Below, piece after piece: positions 17,620 through 30,730 of a stretch of 64,000 bases of DNA. Each line of letters starts with the position of its first letter. The stretch's first letter is position 1. This stretch comes from Adineta vaga (lineage: Eukaryota > Animalia > Rotifera). The stretch is taken from the NCBI GenBank assembly GCA_021613535.1, contig CP075493.1, positions 5,580,001 through 5,644,000 of the forward strand, in the 5' to 3' direction. Below the pieces are notes generated by a model that worked only from the letters and a program-made list of their open reading frames with translations, was not told the origin of the DNA and did not search any database. Position numbers and translations under genes: made by a program.

Positions 17620-19769
17620 ATGGTTCTTATCAATGAAAATGATGATATATATTCTTTAATTCGTCAAAACAATACATTTGCTGTTCGACTTTGGCTCGAT
17701 AACACAACAAATGATATTTATCAAAGGTAATACACATTCATGAAAATAAAAATAACTATTAAATCATCTCATCGTTACTATCTTAGTGACGAGCATGGTT
17801 TTACTCTTCTTCATTGGGCAGTATGGTACGGTCGTTTACCAATTGTTCAATTATTACTTCAAAGACATGCTCGTGTAAACGCAGTTAATCGAGGTATGAT
17901 ACACTTTGATCATATATTTTTTAATAAATTCTTGAAAAAAAACCTAGGCGATGATACACCATTACATATTGCCGTTAGTCACAATCATTTCGAAGTTATT
18001 CAAAAAGTAAAATATTACTAAATCTTTTATATTATTCCATACTTAGTTTTTCTTCTCAGTTAATTAAACACAAAGCTCATGTTAATGTAACAAATATTCA
18101 TGGAAATACTCCTCTACATTATGCATGTTTTCATCGATATTTTTCTATTGCACAATCTCTTATTGAAAATCATCATGCATTACTTTTTGTTTCAAATCGT
18201 TATGGACAAACACCTTTGGATTTATGTACATCAAGAGAAATATGTATTCGATTAAAAGGTTTGAATATCTTTTTCTTCAATTTATTACGAAAGACATTAT
18301 ATTTCAAATAGATTTAGCAATAAAACAAGGACAAGATGAACGAATTATTCTATTTGAAGAACATAATCAGTTTTCTCATATGCCTACTGTGGATATTATT
18401 CGATCGTTATCTACACAATCAGTTATTGATATTCGAGAATTACAATTTGAATCTTGTCTTTATACCAATCATAGAAAAGAGGTTTTATTTTACTCTTTTG
18501 AAAGATTTTATTGAAGTTCTTCTTGGATTTTTAGATCTGGCAAGGAATCTACAATGATACACCTATCATGGCAAAAATATTTAAACTACGTCATTGTTCT
18601 TACACACCCTCAATCTTTCAACATGAAATTGATAAGATAAAGTAAACTATTTCCTTATGTTTTCTTTTATTTTCAAAAACAAAATCTTTAGAGCATTTAA
18701 TTCATCTTACTTACTTGTTCCATTTGCGGTCTGTCATGATACACCAAATTTTATTGTTCTCACACAACATCGATATGGAAGTCAAACTTTATTTCATATG
18801 TTACATAAATCAAGTATTGCAATCGTTAATAAGATACTTGTTATAGTAACATTCATTACTTTTAGATTCAATTATTGACTCGTTGATATCGATTAAGTTA
18901 GTATTAGATATTGGTCGTGGTATGGCATATTTACATGGTATATCGACTTCTTTTCGTCCTCAGTTTATTCTCAATAGTTATCATATTATGGTAAATATCA
19001 AGCACGATTTTCTTCATTCGTTTTTCATTCTTTCGAACAGATTAAACATGAACCAATTCATTGTATTGGTAGTCAGGTATAATTCTATATGTTAATCTGC
19101 TTCTTGTACTACTTACTTTTTGTCTAAATTGAAAATTGTCTTTTCTCTAACTATATCTAACCGAAGAGAATATATTCTTGACGTATTTTGGTCTTAATAA
19201 ACATCAGTAACAGCTTATCTTCTAAAAAAAATAAAAAGAAACTTCATAATTAGTAGATGAAGATAGAAAGTTAATATATGGTTGTATTTAGATGGATCAA
19301 GAATATGTTGCGCGACTTAACTTATCTAATTGTCAGTTTTCATTTGAATCTAATATTGAACTTGATCAACCGGCATGGATTGCACCTGAAGGTAAGATTT
19401 ACTTTTAAATGAAAAGGAAACAATTTTATTCATTTGTTTCATGTTAGCCTTAGAAAATGGTATATTTACTAATGCGTCAGATATTTGGTCGTTTGCTATT
19501 CTTCTCTGGGAATTATTTACACGTCGTATACCATTTGGAGATTTTACGCCAATGCAATGTGGTCTAAAAGTATGTATGATTTTTATACGTTCAAATTGTT
19601 AATTTAGTAAAGTTTTCTAAAATAGATTGTCCACGATCATCTTCGTTTACCACCAACAGGGGTTTCATCTCACATCGATAAACTCATTCAAATATGTACA
19701 CATGATGATCCAACAAAACGTCCATCATTTGATGCGATTTTACCAATTTTAGGAAAAATTCATTTTTAA
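17620..19769 (+). CDS. ILK: Integrin-linked kinase-like pseudokinase (ankyrin repeats + kinase fold), divergent
   Basis: [27 protein letters not shown] matches the ILK N-terminus, followed by ankyrin repeats, IGRGMAYLH, PAWIAPE, DIWSFAILLWELFTRRIPF and DPTKRPSFD. Exons splice in frame. Confidence 0.88.
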
Positions 19770-20136
19770 TCTTTGTTTAATTTGTTGTTGTTGTCGTTCT
19801 GTATGGTTTTAATGGGCAGATATTTATTCAATTTTATAGATAACATATTGCTTTTACTGAATATTCTTTGTAAATGAAATAAACAAATAGTATAGGAGAA
19901 AGAAATAAAGATTTTTATTGGATGAAATATCTCAATGTGTTGTTCTTTTCTTCCTGTAAAAAACACACTATAAATGTGCAGTATTCGTCATTCTTTGGGT
20001 TTTTTTTCTTTCCTTTTTTTCTTTTTTTGCTGACATGAGAATCGTTAACTGATAGAAAGCAAAAATGTAAAAATATGACGAAAATTTCTATTCCATTTTC
20101 TTTTAATTATTAACTTTAGATGTTATTTCTTCGACG

Positions 20137-23100
20137 ATGAATAATTTAGCAGACGACATCATCTCTGTATTTCTTACGAAACAAGCACATGTGTTGAAAG
20201 ATACAGAATTGAGTACTATACTTGCTTCTCAAGGTATTCCATGCCTCTCTAGCGACATACGTCGTCACGTTCAATTACTAAGCCCTGCTTTGTTTCAATC
20301 GACATCCAATCCGGATGGTACATTAGCGATTCGACTCGATCCAAAAGTAGATTAATTAACTTTTAATTCACAATTTTAGTTGGCTTTATATTCTTTTAGC
20401 TTGAAATCTGTGAAGATTTTCTTGGTAGTCGTTGTAGAACCGAAGCAAAAACATGTGATAAGCTTCATATTTGTCGACATTTTGAAGGTTCTTGTCCGAC
20501 TCCAAATTGCCGTTTTCCACATAATTTTAATCAGGGATATAATCGCAAATTAATCGCACAGAATAACTGTCAATATATTAATCCAGTGTTACTTATTAAA
20601 CTGCTTCGTCAAAGCAAATCTTTATCAGTACGAAATTTATTCATTTTTTATAAATAATTATCAAATATTTTATTATTGGTTAGATACATGCATCGACACG
20701 AAAACCAAGAGGAAAAGGTGCTCGCGGTGGTCGAGGTCGTAATCGAGGTGGACGAGGACGTGGCCGTGGTCGTAATTTTGCTCATCAAATATCTACAAGA
20801 AGCAAGAATGATCCTAATAGACAACTCGATGTTAGCTTCCCATCATCAATTCTTGCCCCACAATTGGATATGGAAATAATAGAAATGATTTTAGAACGCG
20901 ATGGTATAGAAATTGAAGAGAAATTTGATGAAAATGAAAATGAGTATCTTCGTCGACGAACGATTCAATTGACACGAACAACGGGTAAACATCTTTCTTT
21001 TCTTCCAATTATAAACAAAAACTATCATTGTTTATTTATTAGATGTCGACAAATTACTCGAGATACCAGTTATAAATCATGATGGTGTAGCTATCAAATT
21101 CAAACGTACAAATCATATTATTGATAAGAGAAGTTTTCTATTAAAAACAGCAATTGCTAACGAAAGTGAAAAAATTACTGAACCTCGTTTTGCTTTATAT
21201 ATTTCCACGCTTGTCGGGAAAGGTGTACAAAGTCATACACAAGATCTTTCATCCGATAATGAACAGATTATTCTTGTTAAATGTGATAATGACCTTGGTA
21301 AGTATATCTTTTCGAAAGTTATATTGTATCTACGCCTTTTCTTTTATATGCATAGATTTGACTCAAGTTCGTCAAGCACATGAATCTCGACCGCAATTAT
21401 ATGGCAAACATATAGCTCTAGTACAAATCTATGAATGTGATACGTTAGAAATTCATTACAATGAAGACAATAAATCAATAACGAATACCGATTTACAAGC
21501 TATTTTTCGATCAGCTTGGAATGATATCTTTGCCTATAATTTTCCGACTGATGATTGTGCAGAAGTTGAATTTATTAGTGTTAATGGTAAAAAAAATCTC
21601 AAAGCTTATAGATCATTCTTTTTTTTAAATGATATAGAAATTGAATAGATGTCTAAAAAATCTACTTTTTTTAAGCTTTCAAACAATGGATGTCAACTAG
21701 TGAATTCACAGAAAATAAATTTGACATTACAATTAGTCCAATTATTGACAATGTTGATGAGAATAATGTTGCAAGATCTGTCATAGAACAACCATCGCCA
21801 ATCAATATTAATACGTGTTCAACTACTACTCACGCATTTGGTGACAGAACTCATCAAACAAAAATCAAACTTCGTTCAGAATGGGCTCTAATTGTTGCTC
21901 ATTCGAAATTTCAACTCGAGTACAAAGCATTTATTCGTATTTATTTATGAATTTCTTTTTTTCTTTGTTATGTTAATTTTGGTATATTGCAGATAGTGAA
22001 TTCGGTGGTGAAGTTACTGTTAATGGAGATGAAGCAATATATCGTGGAAGTTTTCCATCACATATTCGAGACTCAAGTAATGAAGTTACTCTCGGAAATA
22101 AGACGCATGATTTTATGAAACAATTTAAATATCAAACAATGTTTAATTTAACTCAAGATCAAATTGATATTCTTCGAGACAAGTCAGCTGATTTAGCACA
22201 TAAACGTCTGAATGAACATGATTATTTGGTAGCAGTAAAACTGAAAGATATGGCAGAATTAAAGCGCACAATGTTTCATAGACATAAATTATGCCCTTCA
22301 ACAGAACAGTTGCAACCACTAATGCAACGGCACTCGATTCAAAGGTAAAAAAACTTGCGATGCAACCATTCAAAAACATATTCTTCTTTAGTAATTTTTC
22401 CAGATCATCATCAACTTTATCCTTAAACTCTGACATATCTGAGAAGTATGCTTTGATAAATATTTTCTTTCAAAATAGAAATTTTCTCTCTTCAAATCTC
22501 ATAGTCTTTCACAGAGATCATCAATTGGGTATAATTTATCAACATATACTATATATTCACTTGAACAAGTAATTATGTTTTCAATCGAAAGATTCGAAGA
22601 TCGTCTACGACAATATCTAAACGGTACATTTCATGTCAAGTTAGTTTTTGAACGAAAGTATTTCAATGAGAAAACAAAAGGAACAAAACCTTGCATTTCA
22701 ATTAAAATGACTGGTAGTGAAAATGAAACTCAAAATGCTACAGATGAACTAAATAATTTATTTTCGTCAAAACAGACGAAACGATTTGATGAAGAAACTG
22801 GTAAGGAAAATAGATCAAATCTTTCTATCATTCAAAGAGTAATGTATTATTTTATTTGCTGAATTTTAGATGGCACTTGGACAAATGTCATCGATGCAAT
22901 TGAAGTTATTAATTATCATTTTAAACTTATTGATTTGACTTGCATATGTGAACAAGCCTCTCCGGGAGTTGTAATTGTGCATTATTTTGATATAGCTAAT
23001 CCACAATTTGGCATTGACGAACAGCAAATTGATGATATTGTTAGAGATAAATTTCAGTCTGCAGTAGTTAATTTTACTCTTCAAACATCTGATTCAATAT

Positions 23101-25846
23101 TTAATAAAGAATGGGGAGATTTACAAGAGAAACTTCTCAAACGAAATGATTATAATAAAAAGATTTGTTTTGCAACTCAATCCAATATGATTTACCTATT
23201 TGGTTTACCAGAATTAGTCAAAGAATATCGTGAAAAATTTGAACAATTAAAAAATAAACATGAACCACAACCATATAAAATTACTTTAACAGATAAACAG
23301 GTACGAGTCTTAGAGAAAAACAATATCTTTCGTAAAAATCAAATATTTCCTTTCTAGCTCATCTATTTGAAAACTGTTGCCAAAGGTGATTTGAGCAAAC
23401 TTGAAAAACGATATAAGCCAAATGGTTGCGATATTAGTCTAGTTCGTTTACGTCAACATGGTGAATTTATTGCACCACCAGATTTACATTCAAAAATCAA
23501 AGATAGTCTCGATGAACTTACCAAAATAGAAGAGATTTCATTTGAAGTTACAGAGCAAGGCTTTGATATATTAGTTAGTAAAGATCTCGAACGACTTTAT
23601 CATATAGCGAAACCAAAATGTTATCTTGAAAAAAGTATTGAAATATGTCGTGAACATATTCCTATTCCAACAGCACGTATCGCTGATCTTGACGATGGAG
23701 TGAATCAAAAATCAACTATTGCTTCCAGTGCATCGTCTCGTGTCACTAGTGTCACTATTGGTCACTCAACAGTCACTATCTGTATAGGCGATCTAACTGC
23801 ACAAGCTGTAAGTATGATTCAAGTACATAATATATAATCTATTTTTCATATAGGTAGATGCGATTGTTATATGTTCTTCATCTCAGTATTTATGTAAAGC
23901 AATTGTAGAAAAAGCTGGATCAGCAGTAGTGAAAGAATATGCTACATTAAGATCAAAGGAAGAATTCCCAAGTACAGCAACGGCTGGTGTATTACCATGT
24001 AAAAAGATTTTCTTTATTCCATGGTCAGCAGATTCACATGATGATGATGATATAAAAACATCATTGAGTACCTTTATTGCCACTGCATTTCTATTTACGA
24101 ATTCTGATGGATATAAAAGTATTGGTAAGTAGATAAACCTAACCAAGAACTATTCTGTTTATCTTCTTTCTACTATATATACAGCATTTCCAGCTGTTGG
24201 TTGTGGTGGATTTAATTTTGCACCATTGACAATCGCAAAATATATGCTTCACGAAATACGCGAACAATTAAGAGTTTCAAAACAAAAAATGAATATTTCA
24301 CTCGTTCTTCTTGCAAATCAGCAGGATGTTTATGATGCATTTATTCAACGTCTTAATGAATTAGTAGCAATTGATATCAATGTTAATCAAAAATCTCCAT
24401 CAAAAATAAAACAAGATAAATCTACCATTCCCTATGATCGAAAAAGTAATCTTTTTTTGACATCAATTTAGTTCATTGTGATATTTGTTTTAGTTGTTAA
24501 AATAACATTGATTAGTTCAACAAAAGATCAACTGATGAAATGTAAACAAGAAATTATTAATTTAGCACGTGATTTTTCTGTTTCCACTAAATTAACAAAT
24601 AAACGAGATATGCTTGATTGGTCACAAAAAACAATCTACAAATATTATGAATTTTGTCTGAAACAACATGTCATACCAACACTTGATTTAGATAATGTCA
24701 TACTTGAACTTGTTGGAACAAAAGATGCCGTAAGAATTTTTGCTTGTGATTAACTATGATGAGATTATTTTTAGGTACATGAAGCTGAGAAATATTTCTA
24801 TGAATTAACTAATGAAACATTAAAACAAGAACGTATTCATGCGATGTCTCGTGGAGTCATATGGTCAGTAGAATTGTTACCAAATTCGGATACATGGGAA
24901 CAGTATTCATTTAAACTCAATGGTATTATTGAAGATGCTTATCTCAAACACCGCACTGAAGTATGTTTAAAAGCCTCTTATATTAATTTATATATGGTTT
25001 CTTTTTTGTTTAAGATTGAAATCTACAATGATAAGGATGAAAAATGTAGAATAGTTTTTGCAACGATGCTCGAGCATGGATTACAAATTCGACGTGTACG
25101 TCGAAAACCTGTCAATTCAATATTACCAAGTGTGAGTGTCCTATTCATTTATACATTGTATTTGACTAGAAGACTATTTATTTCATTCCAGACATGGGAT
25201 CCGTCAGATCACAATTGTAAACGTGTAACATTATCCTCAACGTCTTCGGAATATCAAAATATACTTTCACAATTTCATATTACTATGCTTGGTAAATATT
25301 CACAAATTTTTAAAATTGAACGTATTCAAAATGAACGCTGGTTTAAACAGGTAAGATCATTTCCATTTATCTTTCATTAACAAAACGATACACTTTTTCT
25401 TCCAGTATGATGCACATCGCGAAGATTTTAAACGACGCTATGAAAAATTAGACGAACGTCAACTTTTTCACGGATGTACAGGTACAGCTACTAGTCAAAT
25501 TATTGAAAATTGTTTCAATCGATCATTTGCTGGTGTTAACGGTAAATTAGAGGAAAAAAATCTAACCTAGTAAACGAACAAAATCATCAATTTTTTAGGT
25601 AATTTATTTGGTTTTGGAGTATATTTTCATGCTCAAGCAAGTTACAGTCATAACTATGCGTATGCGAACAGTGCAGGAGAACGTACAATGTTCTTAGCAA
25701 GTGTTCTGATTGGTAAAACTTGCAAAGGTGATAAAGATATGAAAACTGCTCCAACTGGCTATGATACAACGACAGATGGACAGCATATTTTTGTTGTATA
25801 TCATGATGCCGGTGTTTATGCAGATTATTTAATAACTTATAAATAA
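20137..25846 (+). CDS. Multidomain mono-ADP-ribosyltransferase: ZAP/PARP12-like N-terminus with 2 CCCH fingers, RGG tract, RRM/KH-like region, macrodomain, WWE, PARP catalytic domain
   Basis: CCCH fingers: CEDFLGSRCRTEAKTCDKLHICRHFEGSCPTPNCRFPH. RGG tract: RGGRGRNRGGRGRGRGR. Macrodomain: GDLTAQAVDAIV...SIAFPAVGCG. WWE: IWSVE...WEQYSFKLNGIIEDAY. PARP: IERIQNERW, LFHGC, GFGVYF, MFLASVLIG, HIFVVYHDAGVYADYLITYK. Confidence 0.88.
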
Positions 25847-25964
25847 AACTTTACTTGTTTGTTGTTAACTCAGAGAGTGAAATTGTCTTCTTTGTTCAAA
25901 TAATCGAATGAAAAAACGTTTTTTTCCTATTTTAGATATTGTCTCATTTAGATTGATTCTTACG

Positions 25965-28900
25965 ATGGCGAGTGCATATGATTTATCACATGAAATTTTA
26001 CGTGTCTTTGTTAATATGCAACGAAATGAAATGTCACTTACAGAATTACATCAGAATTTAGCTAGTCCAAAGAATCGATTGACAATTGATGAAGTTCTTC
26101 GTACTATTCGATCAACTAATCTTAGCAATCTTTTTAATCTTCAATCGATATCGAATGAATTATGTTTCATACAATTAAGTCCAAAAGTAAAAATACAAGT
26201 CATATTAAATTTTTCTATTTTGACGTTTATTTATTTAGTTAACTCTTTGTGAAGCTTGTTTGAAAAAGAATTGTAGAACAATGCGTTGTTCAAAATTACA
26301 TCTATGCTGTTATCCATCTCATTTTTTTACTAAAACATCAGATAAAAATTGTTGTTTTCCACATAAACTCAGTGAACATCCAAATAACATAATTCTATTG
26401 CGAAAATTTAATTATGACACATTTAACGAAGATCTTCTACTTGATATACTTCGTTTGCATCATAAAATTAGCAATGAACAGGTAGAAATTAATGGAGAGA
26501 AATTCTTTTTTTTTTTCTTCTATCTATATCAAATTTGATAGTCACCATCAGAACGACATAGCTATCCGAAACGGCCCATATCAACTATTGCTGATTATCC
26601 TCCTTCGAATCATATTCAATCGAAAACTCCAATTCCTGGAGTAGTTAAATCAAGACCGCCATCACATTTAAAGAAATCACCAATTCAGTCAACAGTTATT
26701 ACAGAAAATGTCGCCGAACGACAACTAGACATCAGTATTCCATCGGAAAGAGATGCTCCCGATGTTGATTTAGAAATTGTTCAATTGGTTCTAGCAACAA
26801 AAGATATTATGATAGAACGAACATTAGAAAAACAAATTTCAAATGATTTTTATCGAAAATATACTCTACAATTTAAGAGTAAACAAAGTACGTAAAATTT
26901 TGTCATTCAATTCGTTAAAAAATTTACATATTGTTTTGTTTTTATTAGTAATTGACGATGTATTAAAATCTGAACCAATTATTGCATATAACAACGTTCC
27001 AATTAAAATGAAACGAACGATTCGACAGAAAGATACACGAATCTTTGCATTAAAATTTGATACTGATAAAAAAATAGATAACATGCGATTGAACTTATAT
27101 GTTGAAACACTTGTCGGTAAACAAAGTTCCACTATAATTGATATGACACCTGATGGAAACGATCAACAAATCTATCTTATCCGTTGCGAACAACCTATTG
27201 GTTTGTATACATAGGATTTATTTTCTCAAAAAAGAAACAAAATATTTTCTTCTTTTTTTTCTAGATTTTGAACATGTATATAGAATACACGCAGCAAAAA
27301 ATACATTACAAGCTTCTCGTGTGATTATTACTGAAATATACGAAGCTGAAACTCTTGAAGTTTCTTTTACTCCTAATTCCCTACATCCACCCATGACTAT
27401 ACAACGATTACGACAATTATTTGGTGAAATTCGTTGGCAACAAGATGTCTTTGCTTGTATTAATATTCATGATCAGAATAGTGCTGATATTGAATTAATG
27501 AATGCTGAAAGTATAACTGAAAATTGAAAAGAAACGTTCACATTCTTTTGACATTTTACTTTCAGTTACGGCTAGATGGCTATCGGATGCAAATAGAATT
27601 GAACGAGATTTATCTCTTATTATCCGTCCTATTATTGATTTTATACAATCATCTGAAAAGAATGATGATGAAGACGATGAAGAAATTACGAAACTGATGA
27701 CTAAATCGAAAAGCTCAACTTCATTTTCACCTTCGAACATTTCGAATGAATCACCCAAAGGTGATAATGAATCGAATGTTTATCATATTAAACAAGATTG
27801 GCGTATTATTCTAACACATCCAATATTTGGTGAAGAATATCGCAAATATATTCGTATGAATTCTTTTTTTCCATTCAGCTTTTGATTTATTTTTTATGCC
27901 GAATTTCAGGTGAAAAGATGAATCTTTCTGTTCAAATAACAGGTTCAAGCATTCAACTACCAAATGAATATATTCGGAAAGAATTAGCTCGCTATACAAA
28001 TATGTTCATACAAAATTTCCTTTTTCATGAAGTAAATAATCCTGATAAAGCACAAGTCAAATTAATCAAAGAAAACTATCATCGAATGGCACATAAATGG
28101 CAAAGAGATACAACAAAGACATTAGTTGCAGCACGTCGTGAAGTTATGAATGAACTTTTTCCACGTCCCGGTTCAGCAACTCGACCATCATCTAAATCAA
28201 TTATTACTCCTACATTTCGATCTCGACTACCACTTAATCTTAAAAAACAAGCACAACCACCATCATCAACACAACCTACTGAAGAGTAACGGATGACATT
28301 TTTTTTAAATAGAATATAACTTCGTCTTTTTTACCTCACTAGAATACTTACAAGTCAATCATCGATAAAAACGATTGAAGAAAGTATAAATACACTTCCA
28401 TATTCAATAGAAAACAGTGTCTATTTTCCATTTTTTCGTACAACAAATGCATTTCCTGATCGATTGAAAACGTATCTATTGAATACATTTCATATCAATT
28501 TAGAAATCAAATTCATTTCATCAACAAAACTAATGCTTGAACTTAAAGGTCAACAAAACAATATTTATGATGCACGAACTGTCTTACAATCACTTTTTAC
28601 ATCGTTAAAAACCAAAGCATATTCAAATACTTCTGAATGTAAGTGTTCTAGTTGAATTCATTTTCTTCTCTCGAAATGTTAATATTGATTTAGCTTCGAA
28701 ATTTACTATACCCGATCTTTATCAAGTAGCACAATGGAATTTGGATCGATGTTCAGTCATTTCATCTTGTAGTTATTCTCCTAAAAATGGTGGGACATTA
28801 TTAGTACGTTACTTTGCTGATAATCCACAATTTGGTACCGATGAACAAACAATCGATGATATTATTTTTCAAAATCTTTACGATATTGTCTATCAATTAT

Positions 28901-30378
28901 CAGCAATGAGTCGAAAACTTGATATGAAATTGAATGAATTACAAAAGATCATTCACAACAGATCAGATTATGGACAACAACTATGTTGTTGGTTTAATTC
29001 TCGAAAAGAATCAACCGAAAAAAATCGATTACATTCGATATATCTCGGCGGAACAAAAGCTATTGTTGACGAAATTATTCAAGAAATCAAGAAAATTGCA
29101 GAAGAATATACACCAGTACTATGTAATATACAATTAATATCAAATCAGGTATCTCAATACGTTATTTCATGTAATAGAAATGACTTTTTCTTTCTCTTTA
29201 GGTTATTTATCTTCTTCAACTTTGTTCAGCGGAATTAATAAAATTTGAAAAAGAATACGAAGCTGATGGTGTTGATTTACGTTCAAGACTGAAATGTGTT
29301 AATACAAGTCAATTTTTAGCACCGAAATATCTTCATGAAAAAATTAAATTATATCTGATTGAAATGAGTCAAATACAAATGGTTTCGAAAGATTTCAAAT
29401 GTTCATTACATTTACTTGATGAGAAAAAGAATGAAATTAAAGCATTAGCAGCAAAAAATCATTGTTTAATTTCGATTGCATCACCATTATTACCAAAAGC
29501 AGCACCGTTACCTTCTCGTGCAACACATTCAACATCGAAAATTAGTTCAGGAGCCATTAATATATCGAACGGTGATTTAACAACTGAAAAAGTAACTTTA
29601 GAATATTTAAGAAATCCAGTTGAGATCTCTCTTCCTTTTTTCTAGTCTGACATTCTTGTGATTTGTTCAACTTCGACAAAACTCCGTGATGCAATCATCA
29701 AAGCTGCTGGTACAGAAGTTGAAAAAGAACTAAGTGGAAAAAATCTAAAAACAATGATCGATACGTCAGCTGGACAATTAAAGCAAGCTAAACGTTTACT
29801 TTTCATTCCTTGGACTCCACCAACATCACTTTCATCAAATGAAGATCTTGATTCAATTCGTCACTCTATCTCTGCATTTATTCAACAAGCATTCAAATTT
29901 ACTATTCAAGGAAATTTTAAAAGCATTGGTTTGTATATGTAATTCAGAAATTTATTCTTTGAAGTAAATTTTTGAATGATTTTAGCATTTCCAGCTGTTG
30001 GTTGTGGTGGTTTTAGAATACCAGCAGAAGTCATTGCATCTATCATGATTGACACAACTCAAGAACAACTTGCTTCCAATTCAAATGTTCAATTAACAAT
30101 TACCTTTGTCATTCAACAACCGAATGTATACGATATCTTCTCAGAAAAATTGAAACCAACATCAATATCTTCTGCTACTGCTGCTAGTCGAACACGTCCT
30201 CCATCACCATCTCGTTTATTAAATCCAGAAAGTTAGTGTTCTATTTGTTATTTTTTATTTTCGAAAAACATTGAGTTTTGTGTTTTTTCTAGAAATTAAT
30301 ATTACTCTTACAACATCAAATGCAAATATTGATAAAGCAAAAAAATTACTTGAAATAATTGAAACTGTACTAATTTAA
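25965..30378 (+). CDS. Tandem paralog of the preceding PARP: CCCH + RRM/KH-like + macrodomain, lacking WWE and catalytic domain
   Basis: Collinear similarity to the upstream gene: CEACLKKNCRTMRCSKLHLC...CFPH; IYEAETLEV vs IYECDTLEI; NPQFGTDEQTIDDII vs NPQFGIDEQQIDDIV; KSIAFPAVGCGGF. The exons checked by eye splice in frame to a TAA at 30376-30378. Confidence 0.85.
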
Positions 30379-30730
30379 TTAATCTCACAAATGACGATTC
30401 TTTTTTGACTTTTTTTTATCATATGATAAATTTTATTGAGTCTGTATAAGAAGTGATCGTTAATAAAACATAAAAGTTATGATTTCTTGAATCATGTATT
30501 CATGTCATATGAATAAATAGTAATATTTGAATATTTTACAGATTATTTTATTCTAATCATGCATATAGAATCGATGATAAAAATAATTTTCGAAAGTTTA
30601 TTTGAAATTTTATATGAAGTTTTTTATTGAGTTTAGTAACAAGTTAGTTTTGTGTTAGTACATCGAATAAAGAATGATTTTATATTTTAATCATTATAAA
30701 ATAGATTAAGTAATGATTCATCGTTTATTT

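Noticed and set aside
22446-22591. Apparent phase conflict in the PARP gene
   Set aside because: Resolved by a 24-nt micro-exon at 22505-22528 with normal GT-AG introns.
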